DNA of 64,000 nucleotides from an uncultured virus (IMG/VR IMGVR_UViG_3300030060_002428) (taxonomy: Duplodnaviria; Heunggongvirae; Uroviricota; Caudoviricetes; Crassvirales). Each line of letters begins with the position of its first letter. The first letter of the stretch is position 1. Positions 1 through 7,752 of the stretch are shown one piece after another. The stretch lies in the IMG/VR virus record IMGVR_UViG_3300030060_002428; one strand, 5' to 3'. The notes beneath the pieces were generated by a model. That model saw only the letters and a program-made list of their open reading frames with translations, was not told where the DNA came from and searched no databases. Both the position numbers and the translations under genes were made by a program.

Positions 1-170
1 TCTAGGTGTCGAGTTATCATACCATTACGAGTAAAGTCCCTACGGATTAGCATTGCTCGATAGTATTTAATATTAAACTTAATCTGCGAGATAGATATAT
101 GGTCATTGTTATTTGACCTACCACCTCGAACTAAGTTTAAGATATTGTATGCTATTTCATTCAGTGTCAT
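1..170 (-). CDS. crAss-type virion structural (ring/tail) protein, 5' part only; runs off the left edge
   Basis: My translation from ATG at 170: MTLNEIAYNILNLVRGGRSNNNDHISISQIKFNIKYYRAMLIRRDF..., open to the edge. It starts 3 nt after the previous stop and resembles crAss ring-protein N-termini. Not in the ORF track. Confidence 0.6.
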   Translation of the reverse strand, partial: MTLNEIAYNILNLVRGGRSNNNDHISISQIKFNIKYYRAMLIRRDFTRNGMITRHL

Positions 171-173
171 TTC

Positions 174-1304
174 TTATACGTTAGTTTGTAAATATCCTTC
201 ATAGCCACGTGCTTTACTCCATATATGTGCCTGTCCGGTTCTTTTAGCTTCATAACCCATCATCTTGTGCCAAGCGTCATTAGCACAGATAGATGGCAAA
301 AATCTTACTTTAACGCCTCTATATTCGTTTACCATTTCTTTATGTAAATGCCCACAGTGTACCTCTCTAAACTTTGCATTAGCAAATAGCATAGGTCTTT
401 CTGTAGCCATTATCAATGGCATTTCTGCTGGTTTTTCTTTGTCTCCGTGTGTATACATAATCATATTGACACCGTAGGTGTAATACTTTCTTGCATCAAC
501 ATTGTTATCTACATTCACGGTTTCGTCGTTTTTAAAGAATGCTCGCAAGTATTCCCCTGCATAAAACATTCTTTCGTAGTCATGGTTGCCTTGGACAACT
601 ACAACATCTACTGGAGCAGCCTCGCTCAGAAACTTAATTGCACGTACCATAAGATTACAGTAACCTACAAATGTTTCCTGCCAGTCTGCAGAATCCTGCT
701 GAGGTGTACCTTTCGTGGTAGCACGGGAATAACCCTCAGAGTTCATACCGTCATTACCTACCGGTAACACTATCCTCTCTATATTAAGGCCGTCTGCCTT
801 GGCTAAGAGATCTTTTACGGTATTCATATACTCCTCCTCAGCTTCGTCAAGAGTTTGTCCAGTATACTTACCATAGTGAATGTCGGGTAATGACACCTCG
901 TAAGCAACTGGGTCTTGAACTGTGTCGTAGCTTTTTTCAACCTTTGGGCTGTAAGACTCTAACAAAGAGATTAGCTCTTCTTTAGCTTTCTTCATTAAGT
1001 CGTCTTCTGTTTTTACTACGACAGAAAATCTATGTTCTCCATGCATATTCTGCCAAAACTTAACTGATGCTACATCTTCTTCATCAATCTCGTTTTCTTT
1101 TAAGAACTTTTTGAACTCACTTATCTCAGACTGGTTTACATTGTCTAAGTCAAAGTCAGCTCCTTTAGCTTCAATTCTTGCCTCCTTCAACGCATGTCGA
1201 CAAGTCTCTACACTACAATTTAGCCTTTCAGACAAGCGCTCAGCTCCCTCTTTCAGGTAACCTGGCCTATCTTTTAGAAATGCTTTTATTTCGTCTTTAG
1301 TCAT
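174..1304 (-). CDS. Calcineurin-like metallophosphoesterase with N-terminal HTH-like region
   Basis: Motifs PDIHYG, GNDGMN, GNHD, THGD, CGHLH. Confidence 0.85.
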   Translation of the reverse strand: MTKDEIKAFLKDRPGYLKEGAERLSERLNCSVETCRHALKEARIEAKGADFDLDNVNQSEISEFKKFLKENEIDEEDVASVKFWQNMHGEHRFSVVVKTEDDLMKKAKEELISLLESYSPKVEKSYDTVQDPVAYEVSLPDIHYGKYTGQTLDEAEEEYMNTVKDLLAKADGLNIERIVLPVGNDGMNSEGYSRATTKGTPQQDSADWQETFVGYCNLMVRAIKFLSEAAPVDVVVVQGNHDYERMFYAGEYLRAFFKNDETVNVDNNVDARKYYTYGVNMIMYTHGDKEKPAEMPLIMATERPMLFANAKFREVHCGHLHKEMVNEYRGVKVRFLPSICANDAWHKMMGYEAKRTGQAHIWSKARGYEGYLQTNV

Positions 1305-1322
1305 AATATATTGGTTTATAAA

Positions 1323-1724
1323 TTACTTTTTTAAATTTCTTCCTTTTTCAAATGATCTGCCTCCAAAGTATGCTCCAATTACAGTAATTAAAGTAAGCTG
1401 TAGAAGATCTGTCCACTTCTCTTCTACTTGGAAATTAACTGCTCCAGCGTCTATAAAAATCAAGAGCATTGTACATACTATTAAGAATACAAGAACCATA
1501 GGTCTTACATTCTTTGACAGCCAAGAGTCAGACTTAAGGTCTGCTTCCCATCGAGAGGTAATGTTCTTTTCCATCTCAATTTCGTAGTTAGCTATCAATT
1601 CTTTTATTTTTCTCTTAGCTTCAAGCTTTTCTTCCTTAGATGTGGTTAATCCATCTAAAGCGTTACCAACCCCTTCTACAAGGTCAGCTGCTCCTCCGCT
1701 AAATATTTTTCCTAATATACTCAT
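1323..1724 (-). CDS. Holin (3TM/GTA-holin-like)
   Basis: Family-typical RW.AD.KSDSWLSKNVRP followed by two hydrophobic helices and YFGGRSFEK; near the endolysin. Confidence 0.75.
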   Translation of the reverse strand: MSILGKIFSGGAADLVEGVGNALDGLTTSKEEKLEAKRKIKELIANYEIEMEKNITSRWEADLKSDSWLSKNVRPMVLVFLIVCTMLLIFIDAGAVNFQVEEKWTDLLQLTLITVIGAYFGGRSFEKGRNLKK

Positions 1725-1725
1725 A

Positions 1726-2187
1726 TTAATATTGTCTTTCTGTTGGCGGTGAGGCTGCAGAGGATTGTCTACCTCCTGCCTCTAAATACGCTGTGTTATA
1801 GTTTTTATCAATGTTATACGCTACAGCTACGTCTGCTGTTTCCGAGCTATTAGCAAGTTTAATTTTTAAAGTAGACTTGCGCTCATAGACACACGGGGAG
1901 CCGTCAAATATATCAATAGCAGCACCCGCAGGAATAACTAAACTTTTAATAAAGTAAAAAGTAAAAAATTCTTCAAACAACGGATCTCCTGTTAAATCAT
2001 ATTCTGCAGTAGTCGTATTTTTTCTTTCAAGATACACATCTACAGTAATATCTGAAGAGTGAGTATTTGCTATTCTAGCCTTACTAAGTGTAACTAAATC
2101 TAAGTATCTAGAATCAGTAGGATCTGGAACTCCACGTACTAGTGCTACCTCCCTTACACCGGTTATATTTCTGTAAGAATACTTCAT
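1726..2187 (-). CDS. Hypothetical virion/tail-associated protein
   Basis: Tightly packed in the late operon; beta-rich (IANTHSSDITVDVY, KSLVIPAG). Confidence 0.5.
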   Translation of the reverse strand: MKYSYRNITGVREVALVRGVPDPTDSRYLDLVTLSKARIANTHSSDITVDVYLERKNTTTAEYDLTGDPLFEEFFTFYFIKSLVIPAGAAIDIFDGSPCVYERKSTLKIKLANSSETADVAVAYNIDKNYNTAYLEAGGRQSSAASPPTERQY

Positions 2188-2486
2188 TACGTTAGTGTTA
2201 GTGTTGTTGATTTGCTTACTCCACCGTTTGTTACAGTCATCACTATACTGTATGATGCTGGTGTTTTTCCTTTAGCTGGAACTGTTATCATATCACCAAA
2301 AGCTATTGTTGTACTACTGCCTACGGTTATAGCTGCATCAATAGAATTTATTTTAGCGATCATAACGTCCACCTTATCATGCATAGCATTAATAAGCGTG
2401 TGCTCTGGTCCTCTATACTTTGACGGTGGTATAGCGTCGTCTTTTTTGTTGCTGCTTTTAGCAGAATCCATTGTTGATATAGCCAT
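2187..2486 (-). CDS. Hypothetical virion protein
   Basis: TAATG coupling to the next gene; late-operon context. Confidence 0.5.
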   Translation of the reverse strand: MAISTMDSAKSSNKKDDAIPPSKYRGPEHTLINAMHDKVDVMIAKINSIDAAITVGSSTTIAFGDMITVPAKGKTPASYSIVMTVTNGGVSKSTTLTLT

Positions 2487-2488
2487 AG

Positions 2489-3241
2489 TTATCCGATTGT
2501 TCCTGTTACGTGTAGATTAAAATACCCTGTCTGATTGTGGTTGTTGGTTTGTTTTTGAAGAAAAAACCAAATCCTGTCACGTGCGCTAAAATCTCCTCCG
2601 CTACTAATAGTAAAAAAAGCATTAAAAGTTTTGTCAGTATTAGTTGTTATAGTAGGTGTTGTAATCATATGTGTTAAGGTAACAGTGCTGGCGTTAGCGC
2701 TGGCTCCAGCTTTGTAAAACCTTAGTTGATATGTATCATTAGCATTAGTTTCCCCTTGTATATCAACTCTTGTTATAGCTCCATCTGCTGGTGCTATCCA
2801 AAAACAACCGTTTGCATTAGCTGCGTCTAGTGACGTTGGGTCTGTAGTAGACCTACTTAAAGCAGAGCCAGTACTACCTCTGTACTTGTACTCTGTATTA
2901 CTGTTGCTTATACTACCGTATGATGCGTTATGATTCCAAGTGTAGTGAGAACCAACATACTCCTTAATAGCGCCAGAAGACATAACGTGATCATCTTCAT
3001 CTTCAAATTCAGAACCTATATCTATATCAGCAACAGAGTGACCACCAATAGTTAAGCTACCAGCTGAACTACCACCTATATCGCTCAGCACTTCAGCGCC
3101 AGTTCTATAGCCAACCTTATCATTAGCGTCTACCACCAAAAACTTATCTGTATCAGCACCAGGATCGGCAAGATCTTCCAGGTAAACGTCATCACGAAAC
3201 CTAGAAATAAAACTCCATATATGTTGCCCAATCCACTTCAA
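2489..3241 (-). CDS. Putative tail fibre/spike-associated protein
   Basis: Ser/Thr/Gly-rich; DTDKFLVVD and RTGAEVLSDIG segments typical of phage fibre proteins; beta-sandwich-like C-terminus. Confidence 0.5.
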   Translation of the reverse strand: MKWIGQHIWSFISRFRDDVYLEDLADPGADTDKFLVVDANDKVGYRTGAEVLSDIGGSSAGSLTIGGHSVADIDIGSEFEDEDDHVMSSGAIKEYVGSHYTWNHNASYGSISNSNTEYKYRGSTGSALSRSTTDPTSLDAANANGCFWIAPADGAITRVDIQGETNANDTYQLRFYKAGASANASTVTLTHMITTPTITTNTDKTFNAFFTISSGGDFSARDRIWFFLQKQTNNHNQTGYFNLHVTGTIG

Positions 3242-3242
3242 A

Positions 3243-3698
3243 TTAGATCACTTTGTATTTAGTTCTACCTTTATCCTTGTACGCTAGCAAGCATCTGTTT
3301 CTGTTTTCTTCCTCAGATACATAGCTTATATGTACCCATGCAGGATTACTATCGTCCCCAAATTCCCATATAATCTGATCAAAGTCTAGATTCTCTTTTA
3401 TGTAGTTATACATCTCTGCATTTGTCTTATGCCCAAACGTATCATCTAAATCTACAGCTTGTCCTTTACAATGCTGTGACCTAGAACTACCGCCAATAGC
3501 CTTATTTAATTCTACTGACCTAAAGAAACTATTAATCTTGATAGGACCCCCTACCCAAGATCTCAGAGGCTCAAATACCTTTTCAGCTAATACTTTCATA
3601 TTAGCCAATTGCTCATCGTTAGGTATATTATCTATACCTCGACGTATTGCAGTATTACTATGCCTGCCTTCTTTATCGCTTATATGCTTACTTATCAT
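3243..3698 (-). CDS. Endolysin, peptidase M15A (Zn D-Ala-D-Ala carboxypeptidase-like)
   Basis: INSFFRS..LNKAIGGS..SQHCKGQAVD and WVHISY zinc-ligand motifs. Confidence 0.9.
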   Translation of the reverse strand: MISKHISDKEGRHSNTAIRRGIDNIPNDEQLANMKVLAEKVFEPLRSWVGGPIKINSFFRSVELNKAIGGSSRSQHCKGQAVDLDDTFGHKTNAEMYNYIKENLDFDQIIWEFGDDSNPAWVHISYVSEEENRNRCLLAYKDKGRTKYKVI

Positions 3699-3705
3699 AA
3701 GTTAA

Positions 3706-4095
3706 TTACCCTTTAGTAAAGTACGCGTATTCTGCTACAATAGTGCTTGCAGAAGCCTGTAACTGCACTCCTAAAGAGTGCCCACCAACTGGAAGAAAAC
3801 AAAACTCTCCAGCTGCTAGTTTACCAAATACCACATCACCTGTAAGCTCTACATTTAAAGTTGAAGTTACTGCAGCCCCGCTTGCATCAACTCCTGTATG
3901 CTTTACATAAACATAATATGTTTGGCCATCAGTAGCAGGCTGTATAATATTATTTGCACCAGTAGTAGAAACAGAAGTACGAGCTACTGGAATAGTAGGA
4001 TTTGTCGTTGTTAACACGTCAGATACACTAAGGTTTAAAGCATCGCTTGTAGCATTAGAACTAGACAATGTTAGTTTTGCTGTTAATGTTGCCAT
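3706..4095 (-). CDS. Hypothetical beta-rich virion protein
   Basis: MATLTAKLTLSS start, YVYVKHT and KLAAGEFCFLPV; late operon. Confidence 0.55.
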   Translation of the reverse strand: MATLTAKLTLSSSNATSDALNLSVSDVLTTTNPTIPVARTSVSTTGANNIIQPATDGQTYYVYVKHTGVDASGAAVTSTLNVELTGDVVFGKLAAGEFCFLPVGGHSLGVQLQASASTIVAEYAYFTKG

Positions 4096-4106
4096 TTTAT
4101 TTATTT

Positions 4107-6329
4107 TTAATTTTTAACAATCTTGTGATTTATTATAAAGTCATTGTATGAAACCCTCACATAATAGATTCCATTTGAATACTTGCTAAGATCTAACATA
4201 TTTACATTAGTTACATCTAAGACTTTTTTACCTGAGCTGTTATAAACTACAGCATCTACAGTAGAGTTTGCAGCAATATTAACTATGTCAGATGTAGGAT
4301 TAGGATAAAAACTTATCTTACCCTCCCTTAAATCGTCTACTGTCAATGGTCCGTCCCAACCGTCCTCACAGTAGTCATAAAGCGTTGAACACGTAGAGTC
4401 CCAAGAGTTGTCACAACAATAAGGATCTACAGATATAACCCACTCAAAGCACCCATTAGGCAAATAGTATATATCACCTACTGCACATCCTGCAGAGTAA
4501 TAACAAGACTCTATAGCTGTATTAGCTAGTGGATCATAGTTTACTGCCTGCGCGTCCGTGCAACCCTCCACAATTTCAATGCACGAATCATTGTCAGTGT
4601 TAGCATCAGAGTCATAATTAAAGGCATTAGGATCAGTGCACCCATATATATAAGGTATGCAACTGCCATTTTCTGTATTCGCTGTCGAGTCATAGTTAAA
4701 CTGTGTTGGGTCTGTGCAGCCAAAGATTATTGGAATACACTCTCCCGCATCTGTAGCTGCAGCGTTATAATTAAATGCTGTTGGGTCTTGACATCCTACT
4801 ACTTCTAACTCGTCACACACACTATCTCCGTCATAGTCATTGACACAGCTATTATTACAATCATAGTACTGCACAGGGTAGTTGCACTCTGAGTTAGTGT
4901 TAGCGTCTGCGTTGTAGTTACACGCTGTTTCATCTGTACATCCATATACATAAGGTATACAGCTATCGCCGCAATAAGGTGTAAAATGGTATACTTTCCA
5001 CTCTGGCGCACTAAACGGCTGTAAGGCTCCTTGGCCATTGTTTAGAAAAGGATTGCTACCCTCAGATAGTAAAGTGTCTCCAGCTTGGTTAATAGCATAT
5101 ACAGAGTTGTGTAATGTCTGGAATGCAAGTTCTTGCGCAGATGACTGCTGACCTCCGTCTTGGAAATAGTATATATCAACCTCTTCGTCTGAGTCAAGCA
5201 TTATGTCCCACGATTCTGAAAATATACCAGGACCTATAGTAAATAACCACTGCTGATCTCCTTGCTTCATACCAATACCAGACATACCCCATCCATCACC
5301 CGCATCATCTTCTAAAACAATTTGTATACTGCAAGGGCTAGTGTTATCTGATATAGTAGCTAAACTATCATAGTTCATAGCTTCAGGGTTTGTACATCCC
5401 CAAGTATGTAGAGTCATACACGTATCCTGTACTGTAGCGTCTGGGTTGTAATCTACATAGTCATCATCCATACACCCAATTACATCAGGTGCTGGTGGAC
5501 AAGGCTCAGTAAATATAGGTCCAGAGTATTCTGTAGTACCACCAAACTCTGTAAATGCTAAATCTTCTAGTTCCCATATAACGCTATCACAAGCAGTAAT
5601 AATACAACCGCCGTCTTGACCTCCGGATGCAGATCCGTTAAGCCCGTCGCCAAACTGATCTATTAATACTAGTTCAAAACCTAACGCTACGCAAAAGTCA
5701 TACGTGTAAGTTACTAGCTGGTCACCAAAGTCAAACTCACCAGGTATAACCTGTTCATATAACTGACCATTAGATAAGTTAACTATATTAAAACCTGTTT
5801 CGCCAGGCCATGTGTCAAGAGTTAACTGCATAGACACTTGCGTCTCAAGAGAATCACATTCTATAATTTCGCAACTACCATCATCTTGGTTAGCCCACGG
5901 ATTATAGTTATCTGCTGCCTCATTCATGCAGCCAGGTAGTACAGGTAGACAGGGCTCTAGCACAAACGGTATTGTATCTATAGCTTCAGCAAACTCGTAG
6001 TTAAACTCTTCAAGTCCACACGTGTTTGTTATCCCAAAGAAACCTTGTCCAAATGAACAGCATATGCCATCACCAAATGAATCGTACATAATAAACGCGT
6101 ACTCGCCCGCAGGTAAAAAGACCATTATGTTAGTTAGCGTGTTGTTTGCAAGTGGTGGACTTACTGCTACTGTATTGCTATCAGAATTAATTATTTCCCA
6201 TGATGATTCACCACCATAGTTATCTGTCTGCACGGTAACATTTAACCAACTAGCGTCATCAGGCTGCGCAACTGCACAACTAGCTACTAGCCAAAATATT
6301 ACTACAAGTATGTATCCTAACTTTTTCAT
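4107..6329 (-). CDS. Secreted Cys-rich repeat protein with C-terminal T9SS type-A sorting domain
   Basis: Signal peptide MKKLGYILVVIFWLVASCAVA-Q; 8 GC[TMQ][DN]xxxxNY repeats; C-terminus ISFYPNPTSDIVNI...LDLSKYSNGIYYVRV...HKIVKN matches the Por/T9SS type-A CTD. Confidence 0.85.
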   Translation of the reverse strand: MKKLGYILVVIFWLVASCAVAQPDDASWLNVTVQTDNYGGESSWEIINSDSNTVAVSPPLANNTLTNIMVFLPAGEYAFIMYDSFGDGICCSFGQGFFGITNTCGLEEFNYEFAEAIDTIPFVLEPCLPVLPGCMNEAADNYNPWANQDDGSCEIIECDSLETQVSMQLTLDTWPGETGFNIVNLSNGQLYEQVIPGEFDFGDQLVTYTYDFCVALGFELVLIDQFGDGLNGSASGGQDGGCIITACDSVIWELEDLAFTEFGGTTEYSGPIFTEPCPPAPDVIGCMDDDYVDYNPDATVQDTCMTLHTWGCTNPEAMNYDSLATISDNTSPCSIQIVLEDDAGDGWGMSGIGMKQGDQQWLFTIGPGIFSESWDIMLDSDEEVDIYYFQDGGQQSSAQELAFQTLHNSVYAINQAGDTLLSEGSNPFLNNGQGALQPFSAPEWKVYHFTPYCGDSCIPYVYGCTDETACNYNADANTNSECNYPVQYYDCNNSCVNDYDGDSVCDELEVVGCQDPTAFNYNAAATDAGECIPIIFGCTDPTQFNYDSTANTENGSCIPYIYGCTDPNAFNYDSDANTDNDSCIEIVEGCTDAQAVNYDPLANTAIESCYYSAGCAVGDIYYLPNGCFEWVISVDPYCCDNSWDSTCSTLYDYCEDGWDGPLTVDDLREGKISFYPNPTSDIVNIAANSTVDAVVYNSSGKKVLDVTNVNMLDLSKYSNGIYYVRVSYNDFIINHKIVKN

Positions 6330-6698
6330 TTAAAAATCGCTATAAATTATCTCATCAATTACTCCTTGCACATCTTTACGTGTAGCTTCCATCTGCATCA
6401 TTATGTTAGCTTGAAATCTTTCAACTTCTTTGCCATTAAATACTACAATAGTAGGTACTACTACAATATTGTAATCTGCTTGATAGGTGCCTTCGTCAAT
6501 GCTGACACTCATAACCTCACAGTCTGTAAGCTTACCTAAGTAATCCACACTGTTGGTTTCGTTCCAACTAGCATTGAACTGTACTACACATATGTCGCTG
6601 CCGCAAAGATTTTGACCTATAGCTGTTCCGCTTATAAACATAAATAGCATAACCAGCAAATATGTTAGCACTGTTCCAAAGTTCATTGAGTCTTCCAT
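6330..6698 (-). CDS. Exported thioredoxin-fold protein lacking CxxC
   Basis: Likely start ATG at 6698 (MEDSMNF). Signal peptide ends AIG-Q; VVQFNASWN replaces FxAxWCxxC; cis-Pro motif VVVPTIVVFNGKEVERF. Confidence 0.7.
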   Translation of the reverse strand: MEDSMNFGTVLTYLLVMLFMFISGTAIGQNLCGSDICVVQFNASWNETNSVDYLGKLTDCEVMSVSIDEGTYQADYNIVVVPTIVVFNGKEVERFQANIMMQMEATRKDVQGVIDEIIYSDF

Positions 6699-6699
6699 T

Positions 6700-6918
6700 T
6701 TACTTTTTATTAGCAAACTTCTCTACACCGCTAATTCCAAACGACCCCAAAACTACCCACACAAAAGAGTTGTATACAAATTCGTTAATTACTAAATCAT
6801 TACCTACGGCTCCAGATACAGTATCCACAAGCATCACTGCCACCATTATGGCAAATGCTACAAAGCCAACTATTGCTTTTTCGTTCCATTCGTTATTGTC
6901 TTTAAATATTTCAAACAT
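6700..6918 (-). CDS. Small two-TM membrane protein (holin-like)
   Basis: Two hydrophobic helices and a GSFGISGVEKF C-terminus. Confidence 0.6.
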   Translation of the reverse strand: MFEIFKDNNEWNEKAIVGFVAFAIMVAVMLVDTVSGAVGNDLVINEFVYNSFVWVVLGSFGISGVEKFANKK

Positions 6919-6922
6919 GTTA

Positions 6923-7204
6923 TTACAGATTATCTATTTTTTCTTCGATACGTTTCATATCGTCCTTAATTTCAGTTACATCTTCCTGAGTAGTCATAAT
7001 AGTTTGACGGATCAATTGATCTTTCATATCAAACTCCATACGAGTGACTTCTGAAGGTAGTGGTTCGGGCAGCTCTTTAGCTAAAGCTATGTCAGCTTGC
7101 AATGCAAACCACATGCCTATAAGAGCTGCTAGCCCTGCTACACCCATACCTATTGTCTTAAGGTCTAATGTTACTTTAGTATCTTCGCCTAGTTGCTTTG
7201 CCAT
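6923..7204 (-). CDS. Single-TM membrane protein with C-terminal coiled coil
   Basis: TM segment IGMGVAGLAALIGMWFAL; heptad-like EDVTEIKDDMKRIEEKIDNL. Confidence 0.6.
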   Translation of the reverse strand: MAKQLGEDTKVTLDLKTIGMGVAGLAALIGMWFALQADIALAKELPEPLPSEVTRMEFDMKDQLIRQTIMTTQEDVTEIKDDMKRIEEKIDNL

Positions 7205-7377
7205 TATACTTCAAATCCAAAGTTTAGTATCATAAACCTAAAACGTTTATTCTCACATCCTTTATCGCAAAGGAGGCACGCTTTCATTTCAAGTACAGTA
7301 ATCTTACCTAACCTAAAAGAAAAGTGGTACTTCTCTTTTTTATTGCCGGCACTCCAGCTGTTAATCCAATTTATCAT
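7204..7377 (-). CDS. Small hypothetical protein (57 aa, CxxCxxxC)
   Basis: My translation: MINWINSWSAGNKKEKYHFSFRLGKITVLEMKACLLCDKGCENKRFRFMILNFGFEV. It fills the gap exactly with overlapping start/stop at both ends. Confidence 0.6.
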   Translation of the reverse strand: MINWINSWSAGNKKEKYHFSFRLGKITVLEMKACLLCDKGCENKRFRFMILNFGFEV

Positions 7378-7751
7378 GATTTTTTTCTTTTGCCGCCATG
7401 GTATTCAACCGCATGGCCTTCTGTTATTAAAAGTTTATTAAGTGATACCATAGTAAAACTATCAGATTTATCTATCGTATCTACATAGATTTCACCTAGA
7501 ACCCTGCCGTATTTTCCAACTTCTTTTGATTCTAAAGTAAAAGTATCGTTCTCGTCAAGTATAGATTGTACCCTAGCCTTTGCAGCTAAGCCTCTCTCTT
7601 TCTCTTCAAGATCCCTAGTTCTAGATTCAGGAGTGTTTATTCCTGCAAACCTAACTCGTTTGTTAACACTTATGTCAAACCCAAGGTCTATGTGGACATC
7701 AATTGTGTCACCATCTATTACTCGATCTAATGTTGCTTTATAAGTATACAT
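7374..7751 (-). CDS. Thermonuclease (SNase-like) family nuclease
   Basis: RVIDGDTIDV, RVRFAGINTPESR, GKYGRVLG, NKLLITEGHA. Confidence 0.9.
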   Translation of the reverse strand: MYTYKATLDRVIDGDTIDVHIDLGFDISVNKRVRFAGINTPESRTRDLEEKERGLAAKARVQSILDENDTFTLESKEVGKYGRVLGEIYVDTIDKSDSFTMVSLNKLLITEGHAVEYHGGKRKKS

Positions 7752-7752
7752 G

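Noticed and set aside
4500..5950. CRISPR array or DGR template/variable repeat suggested by repeated DNA
   Set aside because: The repeats are degenerate in-frame protein repeats; there are no identical spaced repeats, no adenine-specific variation and no reverse transcriptase in the window.
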